From Octopus sinensis (lineage: Eukaryota), in assembly GCF_006345805.1 (NCBI RefSeq), contig NC_043013.1, positions 21,762,001 through 21,826,000 of the forward strand: a stretch of 64,000 nucleotides of DNA, written 5' to 3'. Position 1 is the stretch's first letter. Each line of letters opens with the position of its first letter. Both the position numbers and the translations under genes were made by a program. The notes under the pieces were generated by a model. That model had not been told where the DNA came from. It ran no database searches and worked only from the letters and a program-made list of their open reading frames with translations. Below are positions 53,514-64,000 of the stretch, one piece after another.

Positions 53514-54783
53514 CGAGGGGCGTTCAATAAGTAATGCTCCTGACCCACTTGCATTTATTTGATTTAGCTGAAATTTTGCATGTACAATTATTTATATCTT
53601 TATAAAATAAGTGGCAAATTACAGCTCTGAACTAATTGTGGTTTCTGATTTACAGGTGTTTGAACTGAGTCAAGTGTGAAATGGAGCCTGTTGAGTGTCG
53701 AGCAGTGATCCGGTTTTTGTATTTGAAAGAACGCACACCACGGGAAACTGTTGATGAAATGAAAGTAACTTATGGTGATGATGCCCTATCATATGACCTT
53801 GTAAAACGCTGGCATCGTGAATTCAAACATGGTCGGAACTCTGTGGAAACAGCTCCCAGATCTGGTCGCCCCCTTCTGCCATTGATGAGGCATCTGTCCG
53901 TCATGTTGAGGCTGCCATTTTGGAAGATCGACGCATAACTATTCGCCAAATAGCCCATGAGGTCAAGATTAGTACCGGGTCTGTGGAAACTATCATTCAT
54001 GACCATTTGCATATGCAAAGGGTGTCTGCCAGATGGATTCCCAGGTTGCTCACATCTTTCCAGAAGCAAAAACGTGTCGATTGCTCGAGGATGAATTTGG
54101 AGATGTGCCAAGAAGATGAGTCAAAATTTTTCAAAAGACTGATTACACAGGATGAAACCTGGGTCCATCACTATGATCCAGAGACCAAAGCCCAGTCAAT
54201 GCAGTGGACACACCATGACTCACCTCCTCCAAAGAAGGCAAGGGTGCAGCCCTCTGCTGGCAAGGTAATGCTCACAGTCTTCTGGGACCAGGACGGAGTA
54301 CTGATGACAGATTTCCTGCCAAAGGGTGCCACAATTACAGGAGCCTATTATGCTTCACTTTTGAGGAAGTTAAGAGAAGCTATCAAAATCAAGAGGCGGG
54401 GCAAGATCAGCAAAGGCATCCTCTTCCTTTAGGACAACGCTCCGGTCCACAACTCGCGTGTCGCCAGATCAGAAGCACAGGCGTACGGCTATGAACTCAT
54501 CCCCCTGCACCCTCTAATTTTCATCTCTTCCCAGCCATGAAGTTGTTTTTGAAAGGAAAGCGTTTCCCAGATGATGCAGCCTTGATTTCTGAAGTCACGT
54601 CGTGGTTGGAGGACCAAGCCGGGATCTTCTACAAAAATGGTCTCCAGAGCTGCATCAAACGATGTGTGAAATGCGTAACTCTGGGTGGTTCCTATGTAGA
54701 AAAAGACTAATAACTGTGCCAAGTTTCGTTGCTCTACTGCTATGGGAAGTGGGTCAGGGGCATTACTTATTGAACGCCCCTCG
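53514..54783 (+). mobile_element. Full-length (1270 bp) inactive mariner transposon
   Basis: 34-bp TIRs CGAGGGGCGTTCAATAAGTAATGC(T/C)CCTGACCCA, TA flanks. Transposase from 53681 with ARWIPRLL, TQDETWVHHYDPETK and DNAPVH; frameshift near 53870, stop at 54430, YSPDL region deleted. Confidence 0.92.
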
Positions 54784-54929
54784 TATGTATATGTGTGTAT
54801 ACGTATCCATGTATATGTATATATGTAGATATATACCTATGAACCTAACATCTATATTGTTATATGATATATTGTTTCACTTTTATACTTTTAGTTTTAA
54901 TTCTAGCTACGACGGCGTTACATTTTCTA

Positions 54930-56210
54930 CGTGACTGTGTATCTGTCTGTGAATGTATGTTTTTGAGTGTATAAGTGCGTATATGTCACACAGTGTATGT
55001 GTATGTATTTTTCCGCGTTAGGTACGTTATTAAACATACTATATGTATGTGAGGGTTGGTCAGTGTTAATACGAATTTTCTTTTCATTTCGATTGAATAA
55101 TAATATTTCATAGAGATAATCTTTCTGTTTACAGAGATGTACTTGCATAGCAAATGATTTGATCTGTGATCATCTGCTCAGAACATTATATATATATACA
55201 CAACTGTCGACGGAGTAACAGTTATATATACTTGAACAGATACACATATCAGTAAATAAATATACATTTACATGTATATGCTCATTCACACATACGTATA
55301 TGCATGCATGCGCATTTACACATGTACATACATACATGCATGCATACCTACACACATACATGCATGAGCACATATATATCATGAACTAACTGTTACTTTC
55401 TCAGATGCAGCACGAAGTCTTGTCAGTGAACAGGTCGCAGTTTCAAAGCGACGAAAATAATTTGATACAAATGAAATTTAAATATTGAAGTGAAACTAAC
55501 GCTTTCTGTGTGCTCTTCCACGCTGCAATCTTTCTATTGTCAACAGGACAGTTTATTTTACAACGACAACGACATCACATTTTGTATATGACATACGTAA
55601 TGATACGTTATTAAACATACACACACATCTATACATATATAACGACAGACATGCGTGAATGTGTGACGGTGTGTGTCTATCTTACTATATGTATGTGAGC
55701 GCTGGCCAGTATCAAAACGAAATTTTATTTTCATTTTGATTAAAACAATATAACATTTTATAGAGATAATCTTTCTATTGTCAACAGGTCAACAGGACAT
55801 TTTATACCACGACGACAACGACATCACATTTTGTAGATGACTGTGTATCTGTTTCTGAGTGTATGTGTGTAAGTGTATGAGTGTGTATATATCTCATAGT
55901 ATGTGTCTTTCCGTGTTAAGTACGTTATTAAACATACACACATCTACAAAGATATATACATACGTAACGCCTGACATGCGTGAATGTATGTCTGTGTGGC
56001 TATTTCAGTATATGTATGTGAGTGTATGTCAGGAATATTTTGTGCCACAATGACGACGAGGATACATTTTGTATAAGTGTATCTGTCTGTGAGTGTATGA
56101 GTGTGTATGTGTCTGTGAGTATGCATGTTTCCGCCTTACGTACGTTATGAAACATACACATACATCTACACATACATATACATATGTAACGACTGGCATG
56201 CATGAATGTA
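54930..56210. repeat. Degenerate complex tandem repeat (units of roughly 200-300 bp, GT/AT-rich)
   Basis: Recurring GACTGTGTATCTGT, TACGTTATTAAACATAC, TAGAGATAATCTTTCT and ACGACAACGACATCACATTTTGTA blocks. Confidence 0.7.
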
Positions 56211-57129
56211 TGTTCGTGAGTTCTAGACGGGAAACTCTTGAAAAAAAGACAATGAGGTGGCAAGGTACAACGTAAATATAAAGATACACGTTTACTGTTC
56301 CATTTCCAGTTAATAATTATCGCAGCCGTTGTAAGGTTGCAAGGTATTTACAATTACATATTTATCCTTTCATTAAGAAATTTATCCTATATAAGTAATA
56401 TATATATATATATATATATATAATTCCTTATCTGTCTGTAATAATTATTGTGGCATTTACCATCAAATTATTGGTTCCATACAAGTGAGCCTATCTCGTC
56501 CATTTGCTGATATTTCGTGAGTTTACACTGCATACAAAAATACAGACATACTATATACAAACCACGCGCTAAGCAATTATGCCTTCTTTATGCAAGTGAT
56601 CCATTACTACATATTCTCATATAACTGCATATGCTCACTTTATGTTTCTAATCCTACAGCTACACCAGAAATCCAATATCAACCCTTCGCCTTCTGCAAC
56701 ATTTCAACAGTTCACTTCCCCGTCGCCGTCTCCCATTGCAGCCCATTTCCGGAATGTACCCATTTCCGGAATACAATATCTCCATTACCTCCATTCATTT
56801 GACTGTCAACCATACGAGGGGGTCGTCTGAGACGCAGTGCTGACCGTCTCAAAGGCGAGTATATCCACTAACAACTTTTCGGTGGGTTCAAAAAATACAT
56901 ACCTCCTTCCTCTCCCAATTGTCCATGATAGTCTTTGACATGGAATCCTCCAAATGGACGTATTACATGACACTTAGTTGAATTAGACCATCATTATTTA
57001 CTCCACAAATATTTTGTTGTCAATGATGCCCTTTCCCGTATCACCTGTTTCAACATAACTGTAATATATATACGAACTCTGCCATTTGAATCCCGAGCAA
57101 CGCCAGATATCTTAGCTAGTCCTCTATAA

Positions 57130-58800
57130 ATTTCTAAATCGGAACATCCACAGATCCACCGATCTCGACTGGTAGAGTCGAACCTTTTAGCTTTGACTTC
57201 ATTAAATTCCGCACACTTCTGATTTACTCCTTTTTAAGCTTCGTTTTCATTTCTGTAGTTAGAACTCTGCCAGATTCTAATTCTTCTTGATACTTATAAC
57301 TCTCTCTTCCTTTCAAATAATTTTAATGTTGGCCATCTGATAATTGGATGCCTTCATTGTTGACCACCTGTCCCCTTCTCATAACTAATATTGCACGCTT
57401 ATCTGTGCCAAATTCCATGCCTATATCTTTACCCTGTTATGAAATCTATTTCATTTTCATTCTTACTGAAAAGCTAAAAAGCTTCAGATCATCCACGTGA
57501 TGGGTAATTTTTCCAATACTATTCTGAACTGATACCCTGCTTTTGCCTTCCTTAATACTAAACTGAGGGGGATCAAACATAAAACAAATCTTGGGTCTGA
57601 CTACTTCTCACTCACTTTCTTTAACCATACGGCATCTCCATTATGATTGACTGGCATATCCTAAATATCACACCAGAACTTAGCTTTCTCGTCTTCAGTA
57701 CTTCATTCTCTATTATTCATTTGGTTATAAAATCTCCTCGGGTCTGTCTCAAATTCTCTAATCTGTTGTTACTGATCTATTCTTTTCTGATATCTGGAGA
57801 ACTTGCCTGCTACCGCTACGATACGCTGTTTCAACGCTTCTATTTTTGTCCCATATCCTTTCTCTTTGACTAAGTATCTTTCATCGGGGCAAGATTTACA
57901 TCTTGCCTCTCCTAACTTGTTTGTTTTCTAGGCTTCTATTCTCCTCTGATCTTCTCTTAAAGTCTTCATTTTATTTTATAGTCTCCTTTTCCACATTTGT
58001 TTTTTTTTCTAATCTTTCCCTGTGAGATATCTAATCTTCTGGTGACTACAACCTCTCCTGTATAAACCAATTAGTTAGTGTCTTCTATATTTTTAGTATC
58101 TATCCTCCTGATAATAGAATCTATTTTCCTGGTTACTTCTAGCAGCTTCCTTCTGTTAGTGTCTTTTAATGCTGGCGTTCTTTTTCTTACTTCTTTACTT
58201 ATTACATCCGGCAACGCATCTAAAATCTTCTGATCTTCCTCTTCTTCTTTGGTTAGAGCTGTATCTCTTATGCTGATGTTTGTCTTCCCCACTGCCACGT
58301 CTTTCTTTTCCAGTTCTCTTAATTCTCTTGTATTCTTTTCTACTTCCAATTCTGTCATCCACTTTCTCCTCCTAATAGCATTAGCTGGATCAACTAATCT
58401 CTACCCAATCACTTTAAACATACCCTTCTCTACCCAAAGTGTTAACATCCGTTTTCTAGAGCCCCTTCTTTTAAGTTCACTTTCTAAGTAGCATTGTATC
58501 ACTATCCTGTTTTCTTCGCTGGTCCACTTCCTCCTCCCTGCTCTATTATCTGCTGATGCTGTATTACAATGACAGCTGTGGTCAGTCTGCATCTTTACTG
58601 ATCCACCGCCAAGCGAGAGGCCGTCCCTTAAAGGACCAGCTTCATTTTCGCTGTTACAATCTGAGTTTCTGCCGAAACTCCTGTCTCTCATAAACTGAGG
58701 TAAGGTAACGTTCGTCACCATCGTCATCACCACTATTAATGTTCGACATCTGAAACTTTCAAGCAACTTTCTATTGCATCGCTTGTTGCAACTTTGTGCT
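57130..58800 (-). mobile_element. Decayed, internally deleted R4-like element
   Basis: GRRKWTSEENRIVIQCYLES..RGSRKRM; HVDDLKL; MEFGTDK. Confidence 0.75.
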
Positions 58801-58929
58801 GGTGGGGTGGTGCGTGCTGCATGTTTTTGTGGGGGCGGGATAATGTTTTGTTATGGGGTTTTGTTTGATCCTGTTGTTGTATTAGTTTTCATATTGTGTG
58901 TTTGTGTGGCTTAGGTTTTTCTCTTCTGA

Positions 58930-60015
58930 ACAGATGGAGAGATGAAATAGGCATAAAACCCAGTATAGTGCAGCTGCAGAAAAGTGTCATTGAAGAAAGC
59001 TAGCATACTTAGGAAGGTTCTTGCTATCTAAAGCTACTTGTGCGAGCCCGATGTTAGGATTCTTTTCTTTTCCAACAGTCCTATCTGTTGAGTGTATATG
59101 AATAATAATACTAACAATAACAACAATTATAATAATAATGACAATAATAATATATATTAATAATGTTTTAAAAAGTAGACAGAATGAAACTCAATGAATG
59201 GGTCAGGAAGATAAATGATATCATCGGTGATATCAGGACACCAACAAGCTGATAAATGCAATCTCGAAATTTATAGCCCGGAATATAGATTTGAAAGCCA
59301 AAGGTAAATGTCAACGTAACCTGAAGGTGGAGAAGGAGAATAACGCAGTCTATAAACGAGACCAGAAACCATGTTAATATTTTGGAACGGAAAAAGAGAA
59401 ATGAAGTTCAGTGAGTGAAATATGTTGTGCTAAAGAGGAGGTATAGGGTGAAGAGAAAGGGAATCAATGATATGATTGAGGAATTAAAACAGAGGTTGGA
59501 AGCTAAAGCACATAAACTAAAGTGATATGAACAGAGAATTGAGCAGTACAGATTAAACAGACTTTTCGAACAAAATCAGAAAATACTCTATCAGGAACTG
59601 GGAAAGAAAAGGGTGAAAAAGCCGTTCCGGATGCTGAAGAAAGAAAAAGTTTCGATTCAAACATATAGTCTCAGGAGAAACGACACGAAACTGAAGCAGA
59701 GTGGTTAAAGAGACTCAAAGAGGAGAATGGAGAGTATCAGCAGAAAAATTTGTGAATAACCGAGCTGATTAGAGATCAGTGCAGGAAAATTCCTATCCGG
59801 AAGCACCTGGCCCAGATGGGGTTCAGGGCTTTTGGTTTAAAAACTTGACAACACTGCACAGGAGAACTACGAGACAGATGGACGAAGTACCGAATAGTGA
59901 CATCCAAATAATGGCCTGGATGACAAAAGGAAGAACGGTACTATGCCAGAAGGACTCAAGTAAAGGGAATGCAGCTGGAAACTTCCGACCAATATTTTGT
60001 TTGCCAATCTATGTG
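58930..60015 (+). mobile_element. Two R4-like fragments (3' end at 58930-59100; RT-proximal piece at 59170-60015)
   Basis: LQKSV..SILRKVLAI* followed by an AAT-like tail; APGPDGVQGFWFK..WMTKGRTVLCQKD..NFRPIFCLP. Confidence 0.7.
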
Positions 60016-60039
60016 TAAGCTCATGCACTTTGAGAAGTG

Positions 60040-60400
60040 AAAGTGAAGCAGATTGAGAATATTCACTGAGAATATGCACTTTAAAATCTTTTTCAAAATT
60101 GCAGCCGTTTGAAGAAAAATGTTCAGCAACTTCTGTCGAACTACTGTTATTGTGCCTGAAATCCTATTTGTGTCCATTAAATATTTTGTTTAATTGTTCT
60201 TTTGTGCAACGAACATAAATTGAATTGTGTTTCGTGCATTCTGCCGCATACACCAAATGGGAATCTCTACATGTTCCACCTTCTGTATAAATCATAACAT
60301 TTCTGTGATGATTCTTGATGGAATTGACTTGTTGTTGCACATGTTGTTGCACAATGAACAGAGCTTACCTCTCTTGCGGCTGTTTTTCAAGGTACAGCGT
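60040..60400 (-). mobile_element. Penelope-like GIY-YIG endonuclease fragment
   Basis: TCRDSHLVYAAECTKHNSIYVRCTKEQLNKIFNGH fits the PLE pattern TCxS..LVY..C..YVGxT..L..RFNGH. Confidence 0.7.
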
Positions 60401-60609
60401 AGAAATACATTTTCTGCTAAACACATCACTCAAAACTTTATTAGAACTTTAACTCTACAAACAATTATTTTTCAACACACGCTAATCTACATCGATCAGA
60501 GAAATCGCAGTCAATTTTCAAATGCCGACAGTATTGTTTCTCTTTGGACTAAAACATAGAATACAAGTCAAGGAATGAAATAAACACAAAAAGATTCAAA
60601 TTTGTTTAC

Positions 60610-60867
60610 CGTCTCTATACTTGGTTGGCACAGATCTTCTCAACTGATAAAAATGGATATTATATTCACTTATTAGCATCCTCTCTGTTGAGTCTTCTTC
60701 GTATAAAATACAGCTTGGAATTACCGTTCTGCTCACAAAGGATTTACATGCAGAAGTTTCAAAACAACTCTTCGAACAGTGGAAGGCATCCAGATCAAGT
60801 GTCATCAATGTTTTACCGTCTTTCAGAGCACAGTTTGGTACTTTCATAAAATACTTCAGATATTCAA
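60610..60867 (-). CDS. Internal exon (258 nt, phase 1-1) encoding a PAN/Apple-like domain (type A')
   Basis: Same splice sites as 12940-13197, open frame, 8 substitutions and no indels. Confidence 0.75.
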
Positions 60868-62899
60868 CTGTAACAAAGCCAGGCAAATTTAACAACCAAA
60901 ATACGAAGACGAAAATAAATCATTGTGAAAATAGATAATAATAAAGATAGAGAATATTAAATGTTTCAGGATCAGCATTGATATTTTTACCAGGAAGAAG
61001 TGAAGAAAGTTGATACTACCATATTGTAGGTACAAAGCATCTTGGGATATATAATCTGTTTAATGAAAATGACTGCGAATGAGTCTTTAATGTTGTTTAA
61101 TTAATTCTATTATTTAAATGATTCACAAGTTATATACTATAATGTTTAACGGTTGTCTGTTGTAAAGAATGTCCCCTAATACCAGCACTTTGTTTTATTT
61201 AACAAAATGCTTACAAACTGACGGAAAACTGTGGAAATTATGTTAAGAATTGAATTCGTCATAATACGAGATTTATCTTGAGTCTTCTTTTCATCTAATT
61301 TACTTAGAGAAGGAAAATATTTTCCTTCACTGAACTTATAAATTAAAGTTTTGTGTAGTGGTTTTCATAATTTTCATAGATATATGTCTATATATTGATA
61401 TAAATTTACTTACGTCCATTTCCAAATGTCAGTGAGATGTAGAAGAGAACTGCAACGAAAATTTATTTTGGAAAAAAATTTCATATTTCATATCCACGTT
61501 TAACATTAATTTACAAAGAATGAAGATGAAAGGAATAAGAAAGAGAAGTGCTACAAGCATAATTCAGTAACAAATACGGCGATGACCACCACTACATCAC
61601 CAAAAAATTATCCATTGAAATAATGAGGGAGAGCGATAAATTGGAGAGGGAAAGAAAGAGAGAGAACAGAAGAGAGAGGGGTAGGAGGAGTTAGAGTGAA
61701 ATAAAAAGGAGAGGAGCAAAAATAGAAAAAAGAGGAAGAAATAAAAAGAAATGTTTTTTGTTTCAAACGAGATCAGAAGCATCAGTATTTCTTGGAAGAG
61801 AACATTCTAGACACTTCAGAGACTTTAGTGAAAGTATTACGTATAACTTCTTCGCAGAATTAACCACTTTTTATAAAGGCGAGTCACCACTTTTATAACG
61901 GGTTGATTCTATCTTATTTATAGAGTGATTATTCTCCTGAGTAGACTTTTCTAAGTCCACGTCGGCTTGTCACCAGTATATAAGGTTGTGTTGGATTATC
62001 TGGTGTAGAATGTTTTTGACTTGGAAAAGATAATAAATATAGATGTTTACTGAGTAGAAATCTATAGTGATAAACCAGTCACTTATAACTTAACTATAAG
62101 TATTATCACTATACATAAATCTTAACTCAGGCTGCGTAAACACCGTGATGAATTATACACCAAGACGCTGAAACGTACATAATAACAGTTTCATGGATGC
62201 AGAAATAAATAATAACAGTTTCATGGATACAGAAATAAATCTCATTAACAGGTTGAAGAAAATGAAGAAAGAGAAATTATTTACTAAATTAGTTTATTTA
62301 CGTACATTTAATATTTACAGTACATTTAGAAGTCAAAGAAAATTGTCGTAGAGAGTTACGACATAAAATTTATATTAACTAATTCTTCCATACGAAACTG
62401 CCAGACTTTTACACAACGATTCAAAATAGTCTTGTTGGATTTAAGTAATAGAGATGGCATAAAAATAGCCAATAACTCAATAGAGTGAGTGTCGTGGAAA
62501 TGAGTGACAGCCAACGAACACTGAGGGTGAGTGTCGTAGAGTCTAGTAACAAGCAACGATCCCTGATTAATTTTGATCTCACTGGACAAGGGATAGGCCT
62601 AGTTCAGAAGATTTAGGTCATGTTAATATTCACCCATTTTATATATATATAAGCATGTATGTATGCATGTATGTATGTATGTGTGTATGTGTGTATGTGT
62701 GTATGTATGAATGTATGTATACATACATATATGTATATTCATTTGTAATATATATGTATACTCATGTGTATATATATGTGCATACATATAAAAACACACA
62801 TACACATACATACATACATACATACATACATGTATAATTGCATAAGTTGGAGTAACAAGAAGGAATACGAAGGCACATTTATTGGTAAACCCTGCACTT

Positions 62900-63090
62900 G
62901 TTTCCACGCATCGCAGTCTTTCATTTTGGCAGGAATTTGGTTATGCAAACGTCTCTCTTCATTGAGAAATCTTGTTGCGTCAACGGGTCGTCTGCATGTA
63001 ACATTATTAAGATATAGTCACATGACAATCGTTCCTTGTGATACTCAGTGGTGAATAAAATATTGATTAATTGGTATAAACTGGTATTAA
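62900..63090 (-). mobile_element. Helitron Rep fragment (paralog of 15280-15450)
   Basis: FTTEYHKERLSCDYILIMLHADD; part of the duplication. Confidence 0.55.
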
Positions 63091-63810
63091 TAAAGGAGTA
63101 TTGAGGCAAAGGAACATGTTAATTATCTATTAAGAAAATTATAATCTAAGCAGTTTTTTAATAAGTAGTGAATATACCAGTATAGTATCAATTTATAGAG
63201 ATACAAAAGCTAGAATTAATTTTATAAATAAAGGCTAATTATAAAATAATAAAGAAATACAATAAAATGATCAGGTAGGGCAGAACACCATAGAAAAGGG
63301 AATAAAATAACTTAATTACCAATACTATGGTAAAGCATATGTTGCTTATTAACACCAATAGAGAAGATTTTTAGAAAAAGTATAATAATTCAAATTATAT
63401 TAGACTAAAAATTATATATTTACTTATTTAGCTAATATCAATAAAAGACTGATGTTTGATGTCAGCTAAAGGAATATTTAAGTTACGGAACAATCATATT
63501 TTACACTAATGTTTTTTTTTTAAATTAAGAGTCATATCAAAGATTTAAGAAGTTAATATTGTTACTCCCTACATGATATTTATAGTTTCTTAGTTGTACT
63601 TGTTTAGAAGGGTTATTTATATAAAGGCCCTTGTCAATACTAAGATCAGGAGGGTAGAGCCATTTAAGAAAGAGATAAATCAAGTAATTTCTTAAGATCT
63701 TTTCAAACAATATTGTCTAATTGTATAAAGTTAAAATTTAGGGTAATCAAGAAGATTATTAAGAATGAAATTTTAACATAAGGATAAAACTTCTTTGAAT
63801 ATTTGGAGTA

Positions 63811-64000
63811 CCGTAAATCCTCGACTATAGTCCACCCTTGAGTATACCACGCAGGGGATTTTTTTTTGGGGGGGGGGCTGTACCTCTGAAAAACCTAAAC
63901 CATGTGTATAATATGCACTCCTTCTTATGGATGATTCTTTTATGACTTCATTGCTTCCAGGTTTAGCTTAAGGTATTTTCACGCCCGACATCACAAAATA
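63811..64000. mobile_element. pogo/Tc2-like MITE, paralog of 16161-16681, internally deleted and cut by the window end
   Basis: TA-CCGTAAATCCTCGACTATAGTCC left TIR at the position homologous to copy C. Confidence 0.85.

Larger units (their letters stand above)
60409..64000. repeat. Segmental duplication copy D (paralog of 12724-16530), runs off the window
   Basis: See 12724-16530; has a private insertion at about 61868-62214. Confidence 0.95.

Noticed and set aside
56590-57120. Gypsy RNase H-integrase linker echo (VNDALSRI) and a similar FIPGQNNVQDD at 35640
   Set aside because: Single short motifs without supporting neighbours.
62146-62180. GTGATGA..GAAACGTA as a second hammerhead
   Set aside because: Stems I and II do not pair.

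Overview
Eukaryotic, AT-rich, repeat-dense genomic DNA. The tRNA-derived SINEs, (AT)n/(ATAC)n/(TATC)n/(AAT)n microsatellites and LINE spectrum point to an octopod cephalopod (inference). Most of the window is decayed mobile DNA: about 15 R4/Dong-like (RLE-endonuclease) non-LTR pieces, many nested in (AAT)n tracts, L1/Tx1-like elements, a Gypsy remnant inside a Helitron remnant, three Tc1/mariner-superfamily types (DD37D maT, DD41D rosa, mariner), a pogo/Tc2-like MITE, Penelope-like fragments and SINEs. The only host coding sequence I can support is five minus-strand exons, each encoding one PAN/Apple-like module behind a phase-1 acceptor: 60610-60867, 46809-47039, terminal 36025-36221, broken 26785-26950 and 12940-13197. 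They lie in two interleaved local duplications. One exon pair is about half different in protein with almost no synonymous change, while its intron flanks are near-identical. This is the most interesting signal: a candidate diversifying, cassette-built PAN-domain recognition or adhesion gene array. No rRNA, true tRNA or CRISPR. Long-element boundaries are approximate.
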